Below are positions 18,079 through 26,780 of a stretch of 39,737 nt of DNA, in pieces. Every line of letters starts with the position of its first letter. The stretch's first letter is position 1. The stretch is from Pseudomonadota bacterium (lineage in GTDB: Bacteria; Pseudomonadota; Gammaproteobacteria; Burkholderiales; JALYOK01), in contig JANMJR010000142.1 in the NCBI GenBank assembly GCA_031371465.1, forward strand, positions 1 through 39,737, written 5' to 3'. The translations under genes were made by a program, and so were the position numbers. The notes below the pieces were generated by a model, which was not told where the DNA came from, ran no database searches, and worked only from the letters and a program-made list of their open reading frames with translations.

Positions 18079-19896
18079 ATGAAAAGCATTCGGCAATCTT
18101 TGCTCGCAAAGGTTGGAACGGTTATAGCTGGGGCGGTGATTTCTTCGGCTGCGTTAAGCGCTGATGTTACCCACGAGCGGTTGGTCAACAGTGAGCGCGA
18201 GCCGCAGAATTGGTTGAACCACCATGGAAACTACGAGGCCCATCGCTTTTCGGGTCTGGATCAGATTAACAAATCCAATGTCAAAAATCTGAAGGTCGCC
18301 TTTACCTGGGCGATGGGCGGTACCCAGGGTGGTGGTAAAGACGTTGTGGTGTTTCCATTCGCCGGCCTGGAGGGTACGCCCGTTGCGGAGGATGGTTTCC
18401 TCTATCTGACCACGGGTTGGGGCGTCGTCACAAAACTGGACGTGCGTGGAGGTGTGCCGCGCCAGGTGTGGAAGTATGACCCCGCGCCGGATCGCGACTT
18501 CGCGACGACCGTGGCTTGCTGCGGCATCAACAATCGTGGGGCGGTGTTGTCCGGCAACATGGTGATCTCCATTGTCATCGATGGCCGCGTGGTGGCGTTG
18601 AACAAGACTGACGGCAGCAAGGTTTGGGAAGTACAAGTGGCCGATCCGGGTAACGCCGAGGTCTTCACCGGCGCACCGCTGATCGTCAAAGACATGGTCG
18701 TCACCGGCATGGCGGGCGCCGAATTCGGCGTGCGTGGCTGGATTGAAGCGCTGGACATCAAGACCGGCAAGCGGCGCTGGAGAACCTACACGATTCCGGG
18801 CCCGGGCGAACCGGGCCACGAAACGTGGAAAGATACCCACGGCGCCTGGAAAACCGGCGGCGGCACGACTTGGGTCACGGGTTCCTACGATCCAGAGTTG
18901 AACCTCATCGTTTGGGGAACGGCCAATCCGGGCCCGGACTGGGACAATGCTTATCGTCCCGGCGATAACCTGTGGACCGACAGCACCATTGCGCTCGATG
19001 CCGATACGGGCAAGATCAAGTGGGGCTTCCAACACACGCCGAACGATCCTTATGACTACGACTCGATCGCGGAAAACACCTTTGTCGATACCAATATCAA
19101 CGGCAAGTTTGTCCGCTCGACCATCCATTCCAATCGCAACGGCTTCACCTATGCGCTGGATCGCAAAACCGGTGAATTCCTCTGGGGCACGCAGTTTGTC
19201 GATAAACTGAACTGGACGCCGGGGCTGGATGCCAAGGGCAAGCCTGTTGCTTACAACCCCAAAGTCGATGTGCAGACCTATGCCAAAGGAACGGCTGCGG
19301 CGCGGGGAACGGCGACCAAGGGCCGCGGTACGGTTGACGGCGTGTTGGAGCCGGGTCACATGGGCGGGAAGAACTGGCCGCCGACGGCCTACAGCCCGCA
19401 CACCGGTCTGTACTACATACCGACGATTGAAGGTTGCAACAAGGCCTTCGCCGAAGTGACAGTGCCCGGCGCGCACAAGCCACGCGACCTGTTCCTGGGC
19501 GGCGCGCCGTTCACGACCTTTGAAGATCCAAACTGCGGTCGAATCAGCGGCAGCATTACCGCGATCGACGTCACCAACGGCAAGATCGCTAAGAAACACT
19601 GGACCAAACATCCGCAGTTGGGTGGCTTGATGACCACGGCCGGTGGATTGGTGTTTGCGGGCTACGCTGAAGGTCAAGTCGTTGCGCTCGACGCTGAAAC
19701 GTTAGAAGAAGTATGGCGTTTCGAGACTGGCTCTGCGATCAATGCCCCGCCCATGTCCTTCATGGCGGACGGCAAGCAGTACATCGCCATCGAAGTGGGC
19801 TTGGGTGGCGCCTGGCCCCAGTGGTTTGTCAGTGCGACGCCGGAACTGAAGGCGCAAGTACCGAGCAACATGTTGTACGTGTTCGCATTGCCGTAA
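18079..19896 (+). CDS. PQQ-dependent alcohol (methanol/ethanol family) dehydrogenase, XoxF/PedH-like with a D-Y-D metal motif
   Basis: The preferred start is MKSIRQSLLAKVGTVIAGAVISSAALSA, which is a signal peptide, preceded by GGGGGA. The vicinal Cys-Cys ring (VACCGINNRG) is at nt 18517-18522. Beta-propeller W-motifs and WGTANPGPDWDNAYRPGDNLW are present. PNDPYDYDSIAEN places D-Y-D at nt 19054-19062. The 507-aa antisense ORF 18154..19677 is a shadow. Confidence 0.9.
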   Translation: MKSIRQSLLAKVGTVIAGAVISSAALSADVTHERLVNSEREPQNWLNHHGNYEAHRFSGLDQINKSNVKNLKVAFTWAMGGTQGGGKDVVVFPFAGLEGTPVAEDGFLYLTTGWGVVTKLDVRGGVPRQVWKYDPAPDRDFATTVACCGINNRGAVLSGNMVISIVIDGRVVALNKTDGSKVWEVQVADPGNAEVFTGAPLIVKDMVVTGMAGAEFGVRGWIEALDIKTGKRRWRTYTIPGPGEPGHETWKDTHGAWKTGGGTTWVTGSYDPELNLIVWGTANPGPDWDNAYRPGDNLWTDSTIALDADTGKIKWGFQHTPNDPYDYDSIAENTFVDTNINGKFVRSTIHSNRNGFTYALDRKTGEFLWGTQFVDKLNWTPGLDAKGKPVAYNPKVDVQTYAKGTAAARGTATKGRGTVDGVLEPGHMGGKNWPPTAYSPHTGLYYIPTIEGCNKAFAEVTVPGAHKPRDLFLGGAPFTTFEDPNCGRISGSITAIDVTNGKIAKKHWTKHPQLGGLMTTAGGLVFAGYAEGQVVALDAETLEEVWRFETGSAINAPPMSFMADGKQYIAIEVGLGGAWPQWFVSATPELKAQVPSNMLYVFALP

Positions 19897-19968
19897 GCGA
19901 GCCCGTGTGAAGCACGGGCTGGTGCTGCGCCGGCCTGTGTGTTTATTTTTATTCCTTAAAGAATTCGC

Positions 19969-20349
19969 ATGATAAAGATCGAAGCAGAAAAACCTTGGAT
20001 CGGCGTAGCGACAGCCGTTGTCGTATTATCGCTGTGGTACTTCCTCCCAGCCACGATGGCATTTGCCGAGGAAGAAGATCGGCCGGTGATCAAGGTGCCG
20101 CGTGGCGGTGGCCGCGAGCTATTTCAGAATTGTGTGCTCTGCCATAAGTATGACGGCAGAGGTGGCCCGAGTGAGGGTGGCTATGGTGCGGATTTGCGTG
20201 TGACCAAACTCACCCACGAGGAAATAGTGGAAGTCATCACCAATGGCCGACTGGGAAAAGGAATGCCGCCATTCAAGGGCATGCTCGACGAAGAGAAGAT
20301 CGAGACGCTGGCGTACTTCATCAAGAAAGACCTCAAGCTGAAAGACTAA
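19969..20349 (+). CDS. Small class I c-type cytochrome (XoxG/c550-like presumptive electron acceptor)
   Basis: The protein has an N-terminal signal or anchor ending AFA-EE. The single heme site CVLCH lies at nt 20131-20145, and GKGMPPF provides a candidate distal Met ligand. It lies 72 nt downstream of the PQQ dehydrogenase. Confidence 0.8.
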   Translation: MIKIEAEKPWIGVATAVVVLSLWYFLPATMAFAEEEDRPVIKVPRGGGRELFQNCVLCHKYDGRGGPSEGGYGADLRVTKLTHEEIVEVITNGRLGKGMPPFKGMLDEEKIETLAYFIKKDLKLKD

Positions 20350-20375
20350 AGCAGTGGTGTCTTGCTGTTTGAATT

Positions 20376-20411
20376 GCAAAAAAAGGGCTGGCCTAGTTGC
20401 CGGCCTTTTTC
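20376..20411. terminator. Candidate bidirectional rho-independent terminator shared by the convergent cytochrome c and Sel1-like genes
   Basis: The sequence is AAAAAAA-GGGCTGGC-ctagtt-GCCGGCC-TTTTT. The stem is 7 bp including one G-U pair, with an A-run on one side and a T-run on the other. The loop contains the stop codon of the minus-strand gene. Confidence 0.55.
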
Positions 20412-20842
20412 TTTGCCTCGGCCAATTGCTCGGGCGTCATTTTTTCCGCCAGTAGGTTGCGCCAGCGCACCAAATAATCGCCGCCACCGGCGATCCCTTC
20501 GCTGAGCCATCCGTAGGCCTGGACTAAGTCTTTGTGTGCGCCCCAGCCCAATTGCAGATGGACCATCTTGAGTAGCCGCTCGCCATTCTTGTCGCCTTTT
20601 GATGCGAGTTGGCGCGAGAGAGTCAAGGCCTCGGAAAAATCGCCTGAGGTGCGAGCGTTATCGTAGGCGTCGCGGCCTTTGGCATACAGCGCTACACGTT
20701 CGTCTCGGTCAGCCTTACAAGCGGCCTCGTCTTCCGACTCACATACTGGCATTTCAGCGGCGACGGCGTGCATTCCAAGCGGGGCGGTTACCGAGGAGAT
20801 TACCAGGCAGAACCAAACAGCGGCAAAACGCGGCATGTTCAT
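20393..20842 (-). CDS. Secreted Sel1-like (SLR/TPR-type) repeat protein
   Basis: The ATG at 20842 is preceded by AGGAAA. The signal peptide is MNMPRFAAVWFCLVISSVTAP. Helical repeats such as ...LASKGDKNGERLLKMVHLQLGWGAHKDLVQAYGWLSEGIAGGG resemble Sel1 repeats. Confidence 0.55.
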   Translation of the reverse strand: MNMPRFAAVWFCLVISSVTAPLGMHAVAAEMPVCESEDEAACKADRDERVALYAKGRDAYDNARTSGDFSEALTLSRQLASKGDKNGERLLKMVHLQLGWGAHKDLVQAYGWLSEGIAGGGDYLVRWRNLLAEKMTPEQLAEAKKKAGN

Positions 20843-20850
20843 CAATTTTC

Positions 20851-21351
20851 CTATTTGGCGGCGGCCGCGTTGTCGGCGAGAAACTTGCCGGCCTTCGCGG
20901 TATCGTAATAAAAGCTCACGGAATCGAATCGGCCGCTCGACGCCAAGTCATAGATGCCAACCATCTCGATTTTCAGTGCTGTGCCGGAAGGCTTATGAAT
21001 CGCATCCCAGACAAACACCACCGCCGCGGATCGGCCGCTCACCAACATTTTTTTCGTGACATACTTCGCCTGAAAATTTCTGAACTCCCAAGCAAAATAG
21101 TCTGCAAAATCTTTCTTGCCGAGTTGTTCCGACAAAGGGCTGCGACGCTGCACGTTGTCGGTGAAATATTTCATCCAACCGGAAGAATCACTTGCCTCCA
21201 TGGCTTGATTGTATTCGTCGATCGCTTGAATCAGGATATGTTCCACCTGCATTTCGACGGCCCCGGCCGCCAATGCCGAGCGTGATGAAATGGCAAAGAG
21301 ACAAAGAATCGCGATCGACACTCGGCCAATCCCTGCGACAAATTTATGCAT
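20851..21351 (-). CDS. Secreted NTF2-like (SnoaL/DUF4440-type) protein
   Basis: AGGAG lies 8 nt upstream of the start. A signal peptide ends ALAAG. The size of about 140 aa and the pattern IDEYNQAMEASDSSGWMKYFTDNV...VVFVWDA...MVGIYDL are compatible with a cone-shaped alpha+beta NTF2 fold. The assignment is tentative. Confidence 0.5.
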   Translation of the reverse strand: MHKFVAGIGRVSIAILCLFAISSRSALAAGAVEMQVEHILIQAIDEYNQAMEASDSSGWMKYFTDNVQRRSPLSEQLGKKDFADYFAWEFRNFQAKYVTKKMLVSGRSAAVVFVWDAIHKPSGTALKIEMVGIYDLASSGRFDSVSFYYDTAKAGKFLADNAAAAK

Positions 21352-21471
21352 GAATCCGCTCCTGTTTATCTTTGCTGTTCAAACGCAAGTTGGTTAGTTT
21401 CTTTCCGACAGCGGATTATTCAGTAGTCGACAAGGCGCCGTCAAGTCGCTTTGCGCATGAGTGCATCGCAT

Positions 21472-23220
21472 CTACCGATGCTGCAAATCGTCCTTCGGCT
21501 TTCCGCTGCGCCAAATGCGTTCCGCATCGTCCCAGACGGCGAGCGGCTGCAGATCGGGCACCCACGCCAAACCGGTCTTCGCGTCTGAAGAACGTGCCTC
21601 GGTCGTCACCACGACGTCGAGTAATGCCGGTCGGTGCGCCAACGCGCGTTCGATTGCTCCGGCTAGGTCTTCCACTTTCTCGACGCGCTCCGCGTACATT
21701 CCAAATGCGCGCGCCATTGCGGCGTGATCGGCGAACTGCAAGCGTGTGCCGACCACTTTGCCGTGAGTGTCGTTTTGGTCGTGTACTTCGATTTGCCAGG
21801 CGCCGTTATTCGCAACTACGATCAATACCGGCGCATTGTGCCGCACTACGGTGTCGATCTCCATCGCATTAAAACCAAAGGCGCCGTCGCTGGTGGCCAC
21901 CACGACTTGTCGCTCGGGAAAAGCGAGACTAGCCGCCACGCCGAACGGTGTGCCAATGCCGATACAGCCAAGCGATCCCGGATCAAGATAGGTGCTGGCC
22001 GGAAGGCCGACGCGAGTGAAACTCAAAAAATCGCCGCCGTCGGCAATAACGATATCATCGGCGGCAAGTTGATCTTGCAAGGCGCCGAGCAAGCGATTGG
22101 GGTGAATGCCGCCGTCGTTGCCATTGGGTGCATGACGCATCGAGTCGCGTAGCTTGTTGGCGCGTTCGACATGGCGTTTTCTGAGTCCGTTGACCCAATC
22201 GCGGTCGACTTGCGTTGTTCGCCCACGCGCTGCATCAGTGATTGCGGCAAGTGCCGCCGCAGGCTGGGCGAATAGTTCGATAACGCCGCGCCGGTTGTCA
22301 CGCAGTTCGCTGGGGGCGTCGCCAATACGAATGAAACGCGCCGCGCCGAATATTGCGGGTGAGCCATAGGCTAACTGAAAATCGAGGCGTCGTCCGACTG
22401 TGATGACAAGATCGGCCTCGCCCATCACCGTGCCGCGCATGGCGGCAACGACAGAGGGATGATCGTCCGGCACTACGCCCTTGCTTTCACCCGTATCCAA
22501 GTAGGCGGCGCCGAGGCTGTCGAGAAATGCGCGTAGTTCGGCGCCCGCGCCGCGTGCGCCACGGCCGCTGATCACCAGCGGGCGCTTTGCCCACCAGAGC
22601 ATCTCGACTGCCGCCGCCACCTCGTTCGCGGCGGGCCACAGCAACGGGCGCGGCTTGGGTTGGAAATGCTCTTCCAATTGCAGCACGCGTGGAACGTCAG
22701 CGCGGAGCGTATCGGTCGGAAAATCCAGATACACCGGCCCCGGATCGCCACCCTGACCGAATGCACGCGCGACCGCCTCGTCCAGTTCCGGCAAGACCAG
22801 TGATGGTTCGCGCACTGTGCGCGCGTAGCGGGTGATCGAACGCACGAGGTCGGTGTGAACGATATCTTGCAGTGCGCCGCGATTTTCTTGCGCGCGCGGC
22901 GGGCCACCCGACAGCACCAGTACGCTCGCGCGCGCCACATGGGCATTGGCGATGCCGGTCATTGCGTTGGTGAGCCCGGGGCCGGCGGTTACCAATGCCA
23001 CGCCCAACTGGCCAGTGAGTTCGCTGTGCGCATGGGCCATGTACACGGCGGCGCGCTCATCGCGTACATCGATGATGCGGATGCCCTCGGCATCGGCGCG
23101 CATCCAAATCGGCATGATGTGGCCACCGCACAGGCCGAAGATGCGATCGACCCCACGTGCTTTGAGAAAACGCGCGATTACCCCGGCGGCGCTATCCGAA
23201 TGCAGAGGAGAGGGTGTCAT
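21472..23220 (-). CDS. Thiamine-diphosphate enzyme of the acetolactate synthase / oxalyl-CoA decarboxylase / 2-hydroxyacyl-CoA lyase superfamily
   Basis: The preferred start is MTPSPLHSDSAAGVIARFLKARGVDRIFGLCGGHIMPI at 23220. The catalytic-Glu region is RDERAAVYMAHAH, followed by VTAGPGLTNAMTGIANA. The ThDP-binding motif GSLGCIGIGTPFGVAA...SDGAFGFNAMEIDT..VVANNGAW is present. The start overlaps the upstream stop as ATGA. Confidence 0.85.
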   Translation of the reverse strand: MTPSPLHSDSAAGVIARFLKARGVDRIFGLCGGHIMPIWMRADAEGIRIIDVRDERAAVYMAHAHSELTGQLGVALVTAGPGLTNAMTGIANAHVARASVLVLSGGPPRAQENRGALQDIVHTDLVRSITRYARTVREPSLVLPELDEAVARAFGQGGDPGPVYLDFPTDTLRADVPRVLQLEEHFQPKPRPLLWPAANEVAAAVEMLWWAKRPLVISGRGARGAGAELRAFLDSLGAAYLDTGESKGVVPDDHPSVVAAMRGTVMGEADLVITVGRRLDFQLAYGSPAIFGAARFIRIGDAPSELRDNRRGVIELFAQPAAALAAITDAARGRTTQVDRDWVNGLRKRHVERANKLRDSMRHAPNGNDGGIHPNRLLGALQDQLAADDIVIADGGDFLSFTRVGLPASTYLDPGSLGCIGIGTPFGVAASLAFPERQVVVATSDGAFGFNAMEIDTVVRHNAPVLIVVANNGAWQIEVHDQNDTHGKVVGTRLQFADHAAMARAFGMYAERVEKVEDLAGAIERALAHRPALLDVVVTTEARSSDAKTGLAWVPDLQPLAVWDDAERIWRSGKPKDDLQHR

Positions 23221-24875
23221 CGGATGGTTTCTCGAACTAGGGTTTGTTTTTTTAAATGGCGTAGGTCCACTACCCCCGGCTGTTTGCGTGGGTCGGCGCC
23301 GGTCGGAAAAATGTGAATTTTTTGCACCTTGGCCGACGTGCCGAGGGGAAGCGCATCCATAAATAAAATCCACGCGGGGGCCTTGAAATAGGCGAGTCGC
23401 TGGTAGCACCAATCGAACAGTTCCCGCGCCAATTGTTCACGCCGCGCTTGATCCGTTACGTCGGCGGCGGATTTGGCGATGACGCATGCCATCACTTCTT
23501 CTTCGCGCATTTCATCCGGCGCGGCGATCACCGCGACTTGTTTGACTTTGTCATGGGCCGTTAAGCAGGCCTCGATTTCTGCCGGTGCGAGATTTTCACC
23601 CGAGCGGCGGATGATGTGCTTCTTACGGTCGACGAAATAGAAGATGCCTGTTTGATCGCGTACGACGACGTCGCCGGTGTGGAACCAGCCGCTTTGCCAC
23701 GCGTCGGCGGTCGCTTCCGGATTTTTCAAATAGCCGGCGAAGAAACCTTTGCGCGGGGTTTCAACGCTGTGGCGAAGCACCAGTTCACCGGGGATGTTGG
23801 CGGGCAGTTCGCGGTTGTCATCGTCGAACACCTTGGCTTCGACCCAAGGGCTGGGACGGCCGAAAGCCCGGGTATGAATCGACCGCGGCTCATGGTTGTC
23901 GCTGATCATGCGGCCGGTTTCCGACATGGCCCACATTTCAACCAACTTCATGCCGAAACGCTTTTCAAAAATTTCATGTTGACTCGGCTCAACACCTGCA
24001 CACAGAGCGAACCGCACTTGGTGTTGACGTTCTTCCGCGACCGTAGGCAGTTTCAGCAATACATTCGGAATGATGCCTTGGAAATGCACGCACGTCGCTT
24101 GGGTCGCGACCAGATCTTTCCACCAAGTGCTGGCGTGAAAGCGGTCTGGAAAAATCAAGCAGCCTCCCGCGATTAGCATGGCTGGCATCGATACCGACAA
24201 GCAGTTGGCGTGATGCAGCGGAAGTGGGTTGTACATGCGCTCGATTCCTGGTTCGATCGCCAGTGCCCCGCCATAGGAAAGATAACTCGCCCCGAAGGTA
24301 TGAAAATACTCGTTGGTCAAAATACAGCCCTAGGGTCGGCCTGTCGTACCCGAGGTGTAGAGTAATGCGGCCTCGGTTGCGCCATCGATTTTTCCGGATC
24401 GGGCTTTCACTTGCGCCAATGGCAGGGCATCGGGAAAATTTTCAAATGACACGACAGCCATTCGACCCTGCAGTTCGTGGGCAATCCCTTTTAGGTCGAG
24501 CAATCGCGACTCCACCGCAATGACTAGGCAGGTTTCGGAATGCTCGACTACATACTGAATTTCGTCGTTACGACAATCGGGATTGATCGGGACCACACTG
24601 CAACCAAGCGCGTTCAATGCAAAATAATGGAATATGAACTCCGGACGTTGCTCGAATAAAATCGCGACGCGATGGCCCAGGCCGTAACCGGCGTCGCGAT
24701 AGATTTGCCGCAATGATTCCACCGCCTTCGCGGTTTCATTCCACGTGTATTCCCGGCCTTCTGGATGGTAGGCACGCCCCGCCATCGCCGGCGCCGCGTA
24801 GGCGGGGCGCTCGCCCCAGCGCGCGACGGTGCGTTGCAACGTGTCGTACAAAGTCCCGTAACCTAGCGCGTCCAT
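23217..24875 (-). pseudogene. AMP-forming acyl-CoA ligase interrupted by a single in-frame TAG at the invariant P-loop lysine
   Basis: Track ORFs 24330..24875 and 23217..24320 are in the same frame. The junction reads LLYTSGTTGRP-TAG-GCILTNEYF, whereas the canonical motif is TSGTTGxPKG. The TAG lies at 24330-24332. The remaining motifs are intact: GWFHTGD, DRKKHIIRRSGENLAPAEIE and GTSAKVQK. Confidence 0.75.
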
Positions 24876-25456
24876 GCTTTGCCCTTTTCCTGTGGTTTTG
24901 TTGCTATCGGTGAATCCTTGGCGACCTCGCTCGCGTGTGCCGTCGGCGGGCCCTCAATCAAGCGGCTTGCTGGCACGAATTATCCGGTCATATGTCCACC
25001 CGAACCACCATGTAGACCTCATTGACTCGCGATGTTTTGGGATTCAATATTTGCAATCGCTGGCGCCAAACAGAATGGTGCTGAGAAGATCGAAATTCTA
25101 GCACTCTGTATTCGGAATCCAAAATATCTTCGGACTACCGCATCGGCGCATTGGATGGCAGTGACACACGCGGGGCAAGGGCAACGCGTGAGGTAGCAGG
25201 CTGCGTTTAGTTTTCGCATCGCGTAGGTCGCCATCCATGGCGATAAATTGAATTGGATCGATCTATTTGGACTAAATCCGATACCCAATTTTAATCTCGC
25301 GGTGCGCCAGGGGCCGCTTGGATAGTGCGTCGCGAACGAGGTCGCGCCAGGAGGCGTATGGCATGTGGCTTGTGGCGTAGTGCCGTGCGTTCAGCTGGTT
25401 AAAGGTCAATAGCATTACCGTCCGACTGGCGCGCGGGTAATGAGATTTTTCGACCA

Positions 25457-26716
25457 CTAGGCGCCGCCGGTTAGTAACTCATAAATCTGCACATCGCCTT
25501 TACCCTTTAATGCCACACGGCGCGGTTCAGAAAAGCTAAAGCGGGTGTAGAGCCGTTTGTAGGTCGTGGTATCGACCAACGTGGCGTTAACTGCCGCTTC
25601 GCCGTGAATGCGGCTGGCGATATTCACTGTATCGCCCCACAAATCGTAAATAAATTTCTTCGTGCCGATGACGCCGGCAACGGCGGGGCCGGTGGCGATG
25701 CCGACGCGCAGCGCCAGTGGATCGCGTCCGCTGGGTGTGAGCTTCGCGATTGCTGCATGCATGTCCATTGCCATGTCCACGGTGGCGATGACGTAGTCGT
25801 GATCGCCGCGATGGTTTAGACCTCCCGCGACCATGTAGGCGTCGCCGATGGTTTTTATTTTTTCCAGACCGTGCTTTTCCGCGAGTTCGTCAAACGCGGA
25901 AAAGATCTGATTGAGCAGCGCGACGATTTGATTCGGCGACATTTCTTCCGACAGTTTGGTGAAATTCACCAGGTCGGCGAATAGCACACATACGTCTGCG
26001 TAGCCGTCAGCGATAGTGCGCTCGTCGCGCTTCAAACGCTCCGCGATGGGGGCAGGCAAAATGTTTAGGAGTAATTTTTCCGAGCGTCCTTGTTCCGCTT
26101 CCAGGGCGAGTCGGCTGGTGGCTTTTTCGCGGATGAAATGGCGCACGAGATAGTAGATGATGGTCGAGATCGCCGCGAAGTTGAGCACGAAGAATACGGC
26201 GACGATTTGTAGCGGTAACTTCAGATGTCGATCAACCAGCAAGTAATAGTCCAAGGCGCCGGATACGGCGGTGAAAATTAAATAAGCCACGATCCACGGT
26301 AACGATTCTTTTTCGCCGTGGAAAATGAGTGCGCCGATGGGGGCGAGCACGGCCCACAACATCACACCGCTGGACGAGACGAAATCACCGATCGCCCATT
26401 GCATGACGAAAGGCACGAACAAAAACAAAGACAACTGAAACACCCGAAGGAATGCGAGGTTGCCGGTTTTCCAGTAGATTGCAACGCTGATGGCAGACAA
26501 TAACTGACACAGCAGCGGCAATGTGCTGTCGAGGCGGATGCCCATCCACCAATAAATCGCCAGCCAAAAAATCGTCGCGAAGGTCATCAACCCCGCGGCG
26601 AAAATGAGCAGGTCGCGGGACAGCTTGTCATCGGCGGCGTTGCCGATAGGGGTCGCCGTCGCTATTGTTTTGGCTATCGCGAGGCTTTCCAAAGGGGGTT
26701 GCGCGGCTTGCGACAT
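25457..26716 (-). CDS. Membrane-anchored class III adenylate/guanylate cyclase (about 6 TM segments plus a CHD catalytic domain)
   Basis: The N-terminal ~200 aa are hydrophobic. The CHD motifs are VCVLFADLVNFTKLSE, KIKTIGDAYMVAGGL, GIATGPAVAGVIGTKKFIYDLWGDTVNIASRI. Confidence 0.86.
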   Translation of the reverse strand: MSQAAQPPLESLAIAKTIATATPIGNAADDKLSRDLLIFAAGLMTFATIFWLAIYWWMGIRLDSTLPLLCQLLSAISVAIYWKTGNLAFLRVFQLSLFLFVPFVMQWAIGDFVSSSGVMLWAVLAPIGALIFHGEKESLPWIVAYLIFTAVSGALDYYLLVDRHLKLPLQIVAVFFVLNFAAISTIIYYLVRHFIREKATSRLALEAEQGRSEKLLLNILPAPIAERLKRDERTIADGYADVCVLFADLVNFTKLSEEMSPNQIVALLNQIFSAFDELAEKHGLEKIKTIGDAYMVAGGLNHRGDHDYVIATVDMAMDMHAAIAKLTPSGRDPLALRVGIATGPAVAGVIGTKKFIYDLWGDTVNIASRIHGEAAVNATLVDTTTYKRLYTRFSFSEPRRVALKGKGDVQIYELLTGGA

Positions 26717-26780
26717 AGTATTTTTTTGCGCTTAAACGTTAAGGGAACCAGATCATTACAGAATTGTAAGTACCTGTATC

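Noticed and set aside
16503-19677. Long antisense ORFs: 16503..17264 (253 aa) opposite dnaX, 18154..19677 (507 aa) opposite the PQQ dehydrogenase, and similar cases at 10515..11081 and 11924..12553.
   Set aside because: These are typical stop-poor antisense frames of GC-rich genes. Their translations are R/A/G/H-rich with no motifs, while the sense-strand products are unambiguous.
19901-19919. The hairpin GCCCGTG-tgaag-CACGGGC between the PQQ dehydrogenase and cytochrome c genes, considered as a terminator.
   Set aside because: No T-tract follows it, and the cytochrome c gene lies 50 nt downstream and probably needs read-through. At most it is an mRNA-processing or stability element, and I did not annotate it.
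24874-25288. ORFs 24874..25101 (+) and 25019..25288 (-) and a TTGACT-N17-CAATAT promoter-like match near 25022-25050.
   Set aside because: The translations are Cys/Pro/Arg-rich and implausible. The promoter-like match points into a region with no plus-strand gene for 2.5 kb, so support is insufficient.
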